Origin: Methanothermococcus sp. Ax23 | Lineage (GTDB): Archaea; AGJL01; Methanococci; Methanococcales; Methanococcaceae | NCBI RefSeq assembly: GCF_049075655.1 | Contig: NZ_CP157522.1 | Location: 320,001-384,000 of the forward strand | DNA: 64,000 nucleotides | Reading direction: 5' to 3' | Shown: positions 11,833 through 21,317 of the stretch, one piece after another | Position numbering within the stretch: position 1 is the stretch's first letter | Layout of the letters: each line of letters starts with the position of its first letter | Notes under the pieces: generated by a model | What the model was told of the DNA's origin: nothing | Database searches by the model: none | The model's input: the letters and a program-made list of their open reading frames with translations, nothing else | Program-made: the position numbers and the translations under genes

Positions 11833-13149
11833 ATGAGAAACTACTTAATAAATAAAAGAAAAGCGGAATCGCAGGAAAATTTAAACAATTATCGTAAAAA
11901 TATCATATTAAAATTTAGAAAAAGTAAAATTTATAGCACAATAGATGAAATGAAACCGAATTTAAACAAATACCTTTTAAATCTAAAAATAAACGGAGGT
12001 ATAAAAAAATATCCTGAAGATTTTATTGTGGAAGAAATTACAGAAGATGGAATTGTTTTAGAACATGGAAAAGACTTAAAAGACATTTATTTTAAAGATA
12101 CGCCAAATTGGAACGGTTCTTTTATACACTTCACATTGGAAAAAATAAACTGGAACACAATGGATGCCATAAGGGAACTGGCAAAAAGAACAGGCACTAA
12201 GAGAAAAAACTTTGGTTTTGCAGGAACAAAGGATAAATTTGCCTTAACAACTCAAAGGGTTGGTTGTTTTGGAATAAAACCGGAGAAACTGGAAAAAATA
12301 AAGGACAGTATAAAAGATATAAAAATAAGGGATATTCAAAAAACAAATATTAAACTTAGAATGGGAAGTTTATGGGGTAATAGATTTACAATAAGGATAA
12401 GATTAAAAGATAATGGTAATAATAAAAATAATAATATCGAAGAAATAGCCAACTCCTTAAAAAATACCAAATTGGATTATGTTTTAAACTACTACGGCAT
12501 GCAGAGATTTGGAACATATCGTCCTATTACTCATGTGGTGGGAAAATTCATATACAATAGGGATTTTGAAAGTGCATTTTATACATATTGCGGAGCTCCG
12601 ATAAATGAAACTGGAAAAACACTTGAAGCAAGAAAGCTTGTAGATGAAGGGGACTTTAAAAATGCCTTAAAAATATACCCTAAGAGCCAGTATTATGAAA
12701 GAAAGATGATAAGGCACTACTTAAAAACGGGGAGTTTTAAGGAAAGCTTTAAAGTCCTCCCGCCACAGTTAAAAAGCATGTTTGTAAATGCCTACCAGTC
12801 CTATTTATTCAATGAAATGATAAATAAAAGATATGAATATGGATTTGAAGCAATGGAAGGGGATATTTTAATAGACGGCATTCCAACAGGAATATTAATT
12901 GGTAGTAATTCAGAATTATCTGGCGGAATTCAGGGAGAAATTGAAAAAGAAATAATAGATAGGGAAAATCTCGATTTAAAAGCATTTAAAATTGAAGACT
13001 TTGGGAACTTTCCCGGAGCTCGGAGGAAGTTAATCACAAAAGTTTATGATTTCAACTATTATATAGATAATGAAGGAATTGTCTTAAAATTCAAAATGGA
13101 AAGAGGAAACTATGCCACTGTGGTTTTGAGAGAGTTTATAGGGATATGA
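11833..13149 (+). CDS. truD: tRNA pseudouridine(13) synthase
   Basis: PEDFIVEE, FAGTKDK, GNRF, NYYGMQRFG, YATVVLRE. Confidence 0.95.
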   Translation: MRNYLINKRKAESQENLNNYRKNIILKFRKSKIYSTIDEMKPNLNKYLLNLKINGGIKKYPEDFIVEEITEDGIVLEHGKDLKDIYFKDTPNWNGSFIHFTLEKINWNTMDAIRELAKRTGTKRKNFGFAGTKDKFALTTQRVGCFGIKPEKLEKIKDSIKDIKIRDIQKTNIKLRMGSLWGNRFTIRIRLKDNGNNKNNNIEEIANSLKNTKLDYVLNYYGMQRFGTYRPITHVVGKFIYNRDFESAFYTYCGAPINETGKTLEARKLVDEGDFKNALKIYPKSQYYERKMIRHYLKTGSFKESFKVLPPQLKSMFVNAYQSYLFNEMINKRYEYGFEAMEGDILIDGIPTGILIGSNSELSGGIQGEIEKEIIDRENLDLKAFKIEDFGNFPGARRKLITKVYDFNYYIDNEGIVLKFKMERGNYATVVLREFIGI

Positions 13150-13200
13150 AGTAATAGATAATAATGATAAAATATAATAAATAATATAAAGAGGTGCAGA

Positions 13201-14571
13201 ATGTCAAAGAATATGAAGAATATTATAATTTTATTTTTCAGTTTTTTGTTAATGATATTAATATTAATGTTCTTTCCTGCACACGATGGAGTAAAAAAAG
13301 GATTAGCGATATTGTTATTCATATCTATTCTGTGGATATCCGAGGTTTTCCCTCTATCCATATCTGCATTATTTATTCCAGTATTTGCAGTTATTTTTGG
13401 AATCTTTGATGTAAAAGATGCTTTTAAATCATTTGCACATCCCATTATATTTTTATTCTTGGGAGGTTTTGCGTTGGCGTCTGCATTAAAAAAGCACAAT
13501 ATAGATAAAATAATCGCCTATAAGGTTGTTAAACTGGGAAATGGGGATTTTAAAACAGCGAGCTTTTTAATTATGCTGACCGCCTATATTCTCTCAATGT
13601 GGATAAGCAATACTTCGGCAACATTGATAATACTACCTCTCGCACTTGGTTTGTTATCCTACGAAAGTATGAATTTAAATGACAAGGATGAAAATAGAAA
13701 TAGAAATATTAAAAACATTTATTCATTTCTTCTTTTAGGTGTTGCATACTCTGCAAGCATTGGGGGAATTGCAACTATAATTGGAAGCCCTCCTAATGCC
13801 ATTACAAGCAGCTCATTAAATATGGGTTTTTCAGAGTGGTTTAAAGTAGGTTTTCCAGTAAGTTTAATACTAATGCCTGTAATTTATGCCATATTATATC
13901 TTTACTTTAAGCCAAATGTAAAAAATTATAAAATTAATTTAAATAATGATTTTAAATATACAAATAAAACAATTTTAACATTTATTGTATTTTTATTAAT
14001 TGCCATTTTATGGATGATTAGTGGAAAAATTGCAAATTTAATTGGCGTAAGTAGTTATATGGATTCCATAATTGCCGTAATTGGTATAATTCTATTGTTT
14101 TCCCTAAAACTAATTAATTGGAAGGATTTGGACGACTCTACTGATTGGGGAGTATTGATGCTTTTTGGAGGAGCTCTATCTCTAAGCAGTATAGTATCCA
14201 CAACAGGAACGGGAGAATTTATTGCAAACATTTTAATAAGTTTTATAAATAGCGTTCCAATTTCTATATTCATATTTGGAATAATCGTATTTTCCATGCT
14301 ATTAACTAATATTATGAGCAACACAGGAGTTGCAAGCGTTCTAATGCCTGTATTAATGGCAGCCGCAATGGAACTGAATATAAGTCCAGAATTAATTGCT
14401 TTACCAGTTGGGATTGCCGTATCCTGTGCATACATGCTCCCTGTGGGAACTCCCCCAAATGCCATAGTTTTTGCAGAGGGGCATTTAAGTGAAAAGGACA
14501 TGATAAAAGTAGGTTTTATATTATCGTTAGTATCATCGATTATTATTGCAGGTTATTTTTTAATGTTGTAA
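13201..14571 (+). CDS. DASS/SLC13 family sodium-coupled anion symporter
   Basis: SMWISNT, IGSPPNA, MSNT, LPVGTPPNAI. Confidence 0.9.
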   Translation: MSKNMKNIIILFFSFLLMILILMFFPAHDGVKKGLAILLFISILWISEVFPLSISALFIPVFAVIFGIFDVKDAFKSFAHPIIFLFLGGFALASALKKHNIDKIIAYKVVKLGNGDFKTASFLIMLTAYILSMWISNTSATLIILPLALGLLSYESMNLNDKDENRNRNIKNIYSFLLLGVAYSASIGGIATIIGSPPNAITSSSLNMGFSEWFKVGFPVSLILMPVIYAILYLYFKPNVKNYKINLNNDFKYTNKTILTFIVFLLIAILWMISGKIANLIGVSSYMDSIIAVIGIILLFSLKLINWKDLDDSTDWGVLMLFGGALSLSSIVSTTGTGEFIANILISFINSVPISIFIFGIIVFSMLLTNIMSNTGVASVLMPVLMAAAMELNISPELIALPVGIAVSCAYMLPVGTPPNAIVFAEGHLSEKDMIKVGFILSLVSSIIIAGYFLML

Positions 14572-14641
14572 ATTTCAGAAAAAATCGAAAAAGCCCTATA
14601 AAAATGGAAGATTTTAAAAATAAAATTCTAAGATTCTAAAA

Positions 14642-14732
14642 GTGAATTACTCCTCTCTTACGGAAGGAGCTTCCTGCTTCATTAAGCTTTTGCCCTCCAC
14701 AGGCACAACGGACTCTCCCAGCCCTGACTTTA
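14642..14732 (-). ncRNA. Stand-alone TnpB omegaRNA (reRNA)-like scaffold; guide would be the flank below 14641
   Basis: Homology to the 3' end/RE of tnpB1; AT-rich TATA-like segment upstream (about 14790-14825). Confidence 0.65.
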
Positions 14733-14980
14733 TTATATCTTAGAAAAGATTTGTAAGTCCTGCATATACTTCTAGGGACTATAACGCATCCAATATATTT
14801 TATAACAAAAACTAATATAAATATTTTTCGTCGGATTTCCGAGCGATAGCGAAGGAAAGTAATGAAATGCGAAGCATTTCATCTGATTTCATCTCCTCCC
14901 TTACGGAAGGGGATGTCTGAGCGATAGCGAAGACATTTATAAATTCCGAAGGAATTTATCAAACTTCCCGCCGACATTAG
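14642..14980 (-). mobile_element. Non-autonomous IS200/IS605 derivative (LE + omegaRNA/RE, no ORF) related to the tnpB element at 16373-17786
   Basis: 14700-14732 is the exact reverse complement of 17600-17632. The RE ends GAGTAATTCAC like 17776-17786. The LE hairpin CCCCTTCC-GTAA-GGGAGGAG resembles 16390-16409. Both are preceded by TTTTAAC. Confidence 0.85.
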
Positions 14981-15024
14981 TTAAAAAATAAAAAAATTAG
15001 ATGTTATTAATAAATACTATTAAT

Positions 15025-16170
15025 TTATTCCATGTCTCCCCTATCTCTTACACTATCCAATTTTTTAACTTTTTCAGCATCTACAAATCTATCTTTTAAT
15101 GTTTCCAATATCTGTGGAACGGATGTGTATTCCATCATAGCTTCTGGCAATCTGTGAGGCTGGAATGGTCCCATGCTTCTTATCATGTCTGCCATATCCA
15201 ATGCTTTCTGTCTTGCATTGTCGAATGAAATATCTGCGAATAAGTCATTAGGTCCTACCAATCTTCCTTCTGAGAGCTGGAATCCTAATGCCATTACTCT
15301 CGCAGGACCATCGAATCTTGAAGGTCTTGCGTCATCTTCACCAACAGGCATTAACGGTCCCCAGTGGCATCCTCTCATCCATCCTGGAACAAGATGTGGT
15401 ATTGCAAATGCCTCTAAAATTTCTCCAACTGCTGGCATACCACTCTGAGCTCTCACAATTGCAACAGGGTCGTCTTTACCAACATATTCACCAGCTATTT
15501 TATTCAATTTTTCGGAGCTCGCTATTGCTGCAATTTCATTATCTTTTGCTCTGAATACTCTTTTTACAGCATATTTTTCTAAGTTTCCGATTAATGCCAA
15601 TAAGGAGTAGGATTCTTCTGGTGTTTTTAAGGTAATTTGTTTGTTTTCATACATGTCCAATACATCGAATTTAAATCCGCCAGTCATGGATTTATCATAA
15701 ACAAGACCTGCTGTATGGAATGGGTCTGCAAACATCTTGTAGAATGGCATGTTGAATGCTGTTGGGTCTGTTTTATCACAGCAAAATACTATTACAGGTT
15801 CGCTTGGTCTTTCAACAAATTCCATTTCAGCACATCCTGGTCCCATACCTTTTACATTTCCTGTAAAACCTTCTGCAAGTAAATCCTGACCTGCACCATA
15901 TAATTTTAATTCCTTTGCAACTTCTGTTGCTTCTTCAAATGCTTTCCATGCCAATCCATGTATTTTTTCATTATCTGTTCCAAGCTTATGGGTCATGATT
16001 AAGTCTATATCATCCCCACATCTTGTAACATAATAATCAATCAATAGCTCATCGATAGCTTCTTCAAGAACATATTCACATGCATCCAACAATTCTTCTG
16101 GTGCCAATGTGTGTCCGCACAATCCTCCAACATCCGCTTTGATAACACTTAGAGTTATTTTTTCTTCCAT
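15025..16170 (-). CDS. fbp: Fructose-1,6-bisphosphate aldolase/phosphatase (class V)
   Basis: SVIKADVGG, LYGAGQDLL, YVGKDDPV, GWMRG, RFDGP. Confidence 0.95.
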   Translation of the reverse strand: MEEKITLSVIKADVGGLCGHTLAPEELLDACEYVLEEAIDELLIDYYVTRCGDDIDLIMTHKLGTDNEKIHGLAWKAFEEATEVAKELKLYGAGQDLLAEGFTGNVKGMGPGCAEMEFVERPSEPVIVFCCDKTDPTAFNMPFYKMFADPFHTAGLVYDKSMTGGFKFDVLDMYENKQITLKTPEESYSLLALIGNLEKYAVKRVFRAKDNEIAAIASSEKLNKIAGEYVGKDDPVAIVRAQSGMPAVGEILEAFAIPHLVPGWMRGCHWGPLMPVGEDDARPSRFDGPARVMALGFQLSEGRLVGPNDLFADISFDNARQKALDMADMIRSMGPFQPHRLPEAMMEYTSVPQILETLKDRFVDAEKVKKLDSVRDRGDME

Positions 16171-16372
16171 ACAATCACGCTCTCTTTTTTATTTTTTCTT
16201 TTATATTTTTTCTATAATCTTGGTTAATAAGGATTTCACACGAAAGGGTGAAATTTGTTTACGGGCATTTTTTATTTTAATTTATCCAAAATCAATATAT
16301 CGTTTAAAAATATTTATACTTAATGATTTCGTTGATAAGGTATATTCCATATTTATAATTTTCAAATTTTAA

Positions 16373-17786
16373 CATATTCCGCAAGAAGTCCCCTCCCGTA
16401 AGGGAGGGGATGAATTATGATAAAAACCTTCGGTTTTTATATATTTCCTTCGCTTCGCTCGGAAATGCGGGCATTATTTATATATAGCATAAGTAGCAAC
16501 ATACTATTTATAAGTTATCAAACTGTGAGGCAAATGTTGAAAAGGACTTATAGGTTCAGAATTTATCCTTCAAAGAGTATCCAAAGAACAATAGAGGAAC
16601 ATCTAAATATATGTAGATACCTCTATAACTATCTTTTGGAACAGAAAACCAAAAATCCAAAACTAAACAAAATGAATACTCAAAAACTAATAACCGAACA
16701 TAAAAAGGAAAATCCTGAACTTAAAAAAGTCCATTCAAAAGTCCTTCAAATGGTAAATAATAAACTCTGGGGAAACCTCAAAGCATTAGGCAAACTAAAA
16801 CAGAATGGGCATAAAGTCGGTAAGTTAAGATTCAAATCATCAAAGAATCGATATAAAACATTAGAATACAATCAATCAGGTTTTAAGATTAAGGATAACA
16901 AACTTCACCTATCTAAGATAGGAGAAATTCCTATAAAACTACACCAAAACATTAAAGGAAAGATTAAAAGTGTAATCATAAAAAAAGAACCAACAAACAA
17001 ATGGTTTGCTTTCTTCCAAGTTGAGGAAGAACCTAAACCACTGCCTAAAACTAATAAGGTTGTAGGTATCGATTTAGGAATCGATGGTTATACCATCGAT
17101 TCAGACGGGAACAAGTTTGAAAATCCAAAGTTTATAGATAAAACATTGGATAAAATAAAGAGAGTCCAAAAGAACCTATCACGAAAGGTTAAAGGTTCTA
17201 ACAATTGGAATAAAACTAAACTAAAACTTATCAAGGTTTATGACAAGTTAAAGAATCAGAAAAACGATTTTCTACATAAACTATCAAGATATTACATAAA
17301 TAACTACGATAAAATAGTTTTAGAGGACTTAAATATAAAATCAATGGTTGAAAATGGAAAAGGTAAGACCTTAAACCGTCATATTCTTGACAGTTCTTGG
17401 AAAAAATTTATAAATCAACTTCTCTACAAGGCGGAGGGTGCTGGTAGAGAAGTAATATTAGTAAATCCGTCTTATACTTCCAAAAAGTGTTCCAACTGCG
17501 GGCATGTTGTTAAAGACTTAAAACTTTCAGATAGAACCTTTTTTTGTCCTGTCTGCGGTTGGAAAATTGATAGGGATTATAACGCATCTCTAAATATATT
17601 AAAGTCAGGGCTGGGAGAGTCCGTTGTGCCTGCCGAGAGAAAACCTCTACTCCAAACCATTTCTTATAAAGAAGTGGTTTTGGGGCAAGTTTTCTCAATG
17701 AATCAGGAAGCCTTGCCCGAAGGGCGAGGGCTACGAAAACCGAAAGGTTTTCGTTTAACCCCGTCCGTAAGGGCAGAGTAATTCAC
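16373..17786 (+). mobile_element. IS200/IS605-family (IS1341-type, tnpB-only) element 1
   Basis: LE hairpin TCCCCTCCC-GTAA-GGGAGGGGA after TTTTAA(C); RE hairpin ending TCAC; no tnpA; left boundary uncertain by 1 nt. Confidence 0.85.
16534..17781 (+). CDS. tnpB: RNA-guided endonuclease TnpB
   Basis: TYRFRIYP, RuvC-I GIDLG, RuvC-II LEDL, Zn finger CSNC/CPVC, RuvC-III DRDYNAS. Start moved to 16534 because the ATG at 16417 lies in a hairpin insert. Confidence 0.93.
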   Translation: MLKRTYRFRIYPSKSIQRTIEEHLNICRYLYNYLLEQKTKNPKLNKMNTQKLITEHKKENPELKKVHSKVLQMVNNKLWGNLKALGKLKQNGHKVGKLRFKSSKNRYKTLEYNQSGFKIKDNKLHLSKIGEIPIKLHQNIKGKIKSVIIKKEPTNKWFAFFQVEEEPKPLPKTNKVVGIDLGIDGYTIDSDGNKFENPKFIDKTLDKIKRVQKNLSRKVKGSNNWNKTKLKLIKVYDKLKNQKNDFLHKLSRYYINNYDKIVLEDLNIKSMVENGKGKTLNRHILDSSWKKFINQLLYKAEGAGREVILVNPSYTSKKCSNCGHVVKDLKLSDRTFFCPVCGWKIDRDYNASLNILKSGLGESVVPAERKPLLQTISYKEVVLGQVFSMNQEALPEGRGLRKPKGFRLTPSVRAE

Positions 17787-17921
17787 TGGATATGGATGTA
17801 ATTTAGTATATATTGTATTTATTATATTATGGGTTTTAGGACAATATATGAATATATAAATAGCGGCTTCCATAATATATTTAACTGACATATATGTTCA
17901 TCGACTAAAAAAGGGGAGATT

Positions 17922-18944
17922 ATGCAATCGTTTAAAATCGCAAGAATTATGGGAATTCCAATTGAACTTCATATTACGTTTATTTTACTTCTAATGCTGG
18001 TATATTATCTTTGGGGCATTGGGGGCTTTATATTATATGTATTTCTATTTACATCAGTAGTTTTGCACGAATTAGGTCATTCATATGTGGCTAAAAAATA
18101 TGGAGTATATATAGAAAAGATTCTTCTTCTTCCAATCGGCGGAATGGCTATGATGGATAGAATTCCCAAAGAAGGGGAGTTTAAAATAGCCATTGCTGGA
18201 CCTGCTGTAAGCATTATTTTGGGAATTTTATTCCTGGGCCTATCAAATTTTATGGATTTCAATATTTTAAAAATTGATAATATGGTATATCCATTATTTA
18301 TGACAGTTGGAGTGTTAAATTTTATGCTCGGGATATTTAATTTACTTCCTGCATTTCCAATGGATGGTGGAAGGATATTGAGAGCTCTGATTTCACATAA
18401 AGTAGGTTATATAAAAGCCACAAAGATTGCATCCACCATTGGACAGTATCTTTCATTTATTATGCTTGGTTTTGGTATTATATCGTTAAATATTATCTTG
18501 ATTTTGATAGCTCTGTTTATATACTATGGGGCTTCTCAGGAATATAGTGCATTACTTGCCTATGATGTATTCAATAAAATAAAAGTTAAAGATATAATGT
18601 CAAAAAATATCGTATCGGTTTCGCCAGAAGATTCTGTTAAAGATTTGGTGGATTTAATGTTTAAATACAAATATCTGGGTTATCCCGTAATTAAAAATGG
18701 GAAACTCGTGGGTAGCGTTTCTTTTGACGATATAACAAATGTTGATGAAAATATATTGGTAAAAGATATTATGACTCCCCCAGTTATAGTGCCTGAACAT
18801 ATGGATTTAAACGACCTTTTGCTTAAAATAAATAATTCTGAAAGGGTTTATGTTGTAGATAACAATGAATTAAAAGGAATAATCTCAAAAACAGATGTGA
18901 TTAGAATATTGAAACTATTGGGACTAAAAAACAATTATAAGTAA
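17922..18944 (+). CDS. Site-2 protease (M50) with CBS domains
   Basis: HELGH, AGP, NLLPAFPMDGGR, C-terminal CBS pair. Confidence 0.93.
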   Translation: MQSFKIARIMGIPIELHITFILLLMLVYYLWGIGGFILYVFLFTSVVLHELGHSYVAKKYGVYIEKILLLPIGGMAMMDRIPKEGEFKIAIAGPAVSIILGILFLGLSNFMDFNILKIDNMVYPLFMTVGVLNFMLGIFNLLPAFPMDGGRILRALISHKVGYIKATKIASTIGQYLSFIMLGFGIISLNIILILIALFIYYGASQEYSALLAYDVFNKIKVKDIMSKNIVSVSPEDSVKDLVDLMFKYKYLGYPVIKNGKLVGSVSFDDITNVDENILVKDIMTPPVIVPEHMDLNDLLLKINNSERVYVVDNNELKGIISKTDVIRILKLLGLKNNYK

Positions 18945-18963
18945 AAATAAAAATTAAATTAAA

Positions 18964-19140
18964 TTATTCATTTTTCTTCCATTCTGTGTATCCGCATTTT
19001 CCGCATGCGTATCTGTTTAAATGTTCAGCCATGAACACACCAGGACCGCATTTTGGGCACACTTTTTTTATTCTTTCTACGCTGTCTCCTTCAACTTTGT
19101 AGTATTTGTATTTTTGAACGCCTGTATTTTTTGTAGCCAT
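18964..19140 (-). CDS. rps27ae: 30S ribosomal protein S27ae (58 aa, not in ORF track)
   Basis: Translated by hand: [58 protein letters not shown]. Confidence 0.95.
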   Translation of the reverse strand: MATKNTGVQKYKYYKVEGDSVERIKKVCPKCGPGVFMAEHLNRYACGKCGYTEWKKNE

Positions 19141-19451
19141 TATTCTCCCTCCGCTTCAATTTCTTCTTTTTCTTCTTCAATTTTATTTTTTTCTAAAACT
19201 GATTTCTTTTCAATTAAATTCATCATTTTTTCGTCGTTGTATATTTTTGCATATCCATTGGATTCCATTTTACCGAATTCCTGATTAAGCGTATCTACTA
19301 TAACCATGTTTTTATCTGCATTTAACATTGCAACGAGTTTCATCTTTACATCTTTTATTGAAGGTGTAGCTCCTTCATATTCTACTAGGAATTTAATTTC
19401 CCTTCTATTTAATAATGGATTTTCTCTGTCTGAAATTATTTTTATCTCCAT
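19140..19451 (-). CDS. rps24e: 30S ribosomal protein S24e
   Basis: [21 protein letters not shown]. Confidence 0.96.
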   Translation of the reverse strand: MEIKIISDRENPLLNRREIKFLVEYEGATPSIKDVKMKLVAMLNADKNMVIVDTLNQEFGKMESNGYAKIYNDEKMMNLIEKKSVLEKNKIEEEKEEIEAEGE

Positions 19452-19695
19452 GACCATCACCATGATATTTTATGCAAATGTTTGATATAATATAAAAAGT
19501 GTAATTTTTAGATATTTAATATATAATATTTTTTATGTTAAAATCTTTTATATATTCTCAGATTTTTCACCGAATGTTTAGATTATTAATTCATCGGTTA
19601 TATAATATTTAATAGTTTATATTATTATCCTTTTGAAAGGTTTTAACATAACTTCAAATAAGTATGGACATATAATTATTTATTATAATTATTTA

Positions 19696-20172
19696 TTATT
19701 TTTCATCCATCATACTTAATATTTCATCTATTTTAGTCTTCAAATCCTTGTTTATTTTTAGCAATACTACGCCTTCATCAGGTTGTCCATACAATACAAT
19801 AGTATCCTCAGGAAAATATTTGATAACAGGTATGGTGAGCAAATCTTCTTCACCATCTACCTTTAAAGCAACATTTTCATTGTTTTTTGTGGAAAGGTAT
19901 TTAATTTTTTCCATGGCTTCATCAGATATACATCCCGGAGGATTCTTTATTTCAAAAACCTTTTTAAATTTGTGGCTTATATCCACAGAGATATCTCTTT
20001 TAGTTTTTAAATCGAAAATTGATAAATTTGGTATTATGTTTTTTGATAAAAGATTTTTTGTAGTAATATCACCAATAGAAACGACCTTTCCATTTATAGG
20101 AGGTAGTTCTTTATATACTTTTCCAAAGGGTTTTTTAAGTATTTCCCTTAATCTCTCAGTTAATATATACAT
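19696..20172 (-). CDS. GTP-dependent dephospho-CoA kinase (DUF359)
   Basis: IGDITT, D.KTKR, NPPG, VDGEEDL, YGQP.EG; conserved rpoE-s24e context. Confidence 0.88.
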   Translation of the reverse strand: MYILTERLREILKKPFGKVYKELPPINGKVVSIGDITTKNLLSKNIIPNLSIFDLKTKRDISVDISHKFKKVFEIKNPPGCISDEAMEKIKYLSTKNNENVALKVDGEEDLLTIPVIKYFPEDTIVLYGQPDEGVVLLKINKDLKTKIDEILSMMDEK

Positions 20173-20196
20173 AATGTCCCTGCTCTATGTAAATTT

Positions 20197-20373
20197 TCAT
20201 TTTACACTTAATGCATATTTTCCTTTGCAGTCTGCCTTAATCTTTTTGGCAACTTCTGAGTTCAAAGGGTCCAATATAATTAAAAGACCTCTCCAATTTT
20301 CAGAAGTTTCAGAGCCGCAAAGAGGGCATTTATCTTCATTGGTTAAATATTTACACCTTAAACAAGCATTCAT
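20197..20373 (-). CDS. spt4: Transcription elongation factor Spt4 (RpoE'') (58 aa, not in ORF track)
   Basis: Translated by hand: MNACLRCKYLTNEDKCPLCGSETSENWRGLLIILDPLNSEVAKKIKADCKGKYALSVK. Confidence 0.93.
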   Translation of the reverse strand: MNACLRCKYLTNEDKCPLCGSETSENWRGLLIILDPLNSEVAKKIKADCKGKYALSVK

Positions 20374-20438
20374 AAATAATTCACCTTGTTTATATTGGAT
20401 TTGTTATTTTACTATTATTTAATTTCCTTCATCATCAT

Positions 20439-20996
20439 TCATTCTTTTTTCTTCTTTTTGTCTTCTTCTATCCATTCTAATTTTCCCAATCCTGGCTGTC
20501 TCATGGTTAGTGCTATTTTACTACCTCTCTTTCTAGCCTCTCTTAAACTGACTGCTACAATTCTTGCTCTTACTTTATCTCCTTTTTCAATTACTCTTCC
20601 AGTTTCTTTTCCAATTATTGCCTCTCTTTTTGGGTCATAGGATACATAATCATCCATAATCTGGGATATGTGTATAAGCCCGTCAAGAGGTCCCAATCTT
20701 ACAAAGACACCGAATTCCACGACATCAACAACTTCCCCTTCTACAACTTCGTAGAGCTCCGGCATATAACATAAAACATCGAAAACTGCTGGGTGGTATG
20801 CTGCACCATCTCCATAAATTACCTTACCATCTCCAATTTCTCGTATTTCTCCGATTGATAATATAAATCCCATATCTTTATCAAGTATGCCCTCGTATTT
20901 TTCCATAAGTATTTTGTGTAGGGACTCGTTTAGCGGAGCTCCGAACATATATGGCGGAACTCTTACGGTATCTGAAATAGTTACTAATCTATACAA
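20439..20996 (-). CDS. rpoE1: RNA polymerase subunit E' (Rpo7)
   Basis: VRVPP..FG, GDGAAY, S1 domain, MRQPGLGK. Confidence 0.96.
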   Translation of the reverse strand: MYRLVTISDTVRVPPYMFGAPLNESLHKILMEKYEGILDKDMGFILSIGEIREIGDGKVIYGDGAAYHPAVFDVLCYMPELYEVVEGEVVDVVEFGVFVRLGPLDGLIHISQIMDDYVSYDPKREAIIGKETGRVIEKGDKVRARIVAVSLREARKRGSKIALTMRQPGLGKLEWIEEDKKKKKE

Positions 20997-21317
20997 ATAA
21001 TCACCTCATATTTTTAAATAGAGCCATTATGATAGAACCATTATACTAATTATAATAATAAATATATTATATGCAAAATGATTTAAAATTAGAAATTTCT
21101 AAAAAAATCAAATATTTTTAATGTTATTTCCTTGGAAATAGTAGAATAGAAAAGTCAAGGTATTTTATACTAAAATAATATGTATTATTTATATGTTATA
21201 TATGTTATTGTATATTTATTTTATTCATATTTTAAATATTTTTTAAATATTACTTAATTATTTTACAAATAATATATTAATTTTATAATATATAAACTCA
21301 ACGATTTTGGTGAGATT

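Noticed and set aside
16417-16533. N-terminal extension of TnpB1
   Set aside because: The upstream ATG lies within the hairpin insert and promoter region; the TnpB-like sequence starts at 16534.
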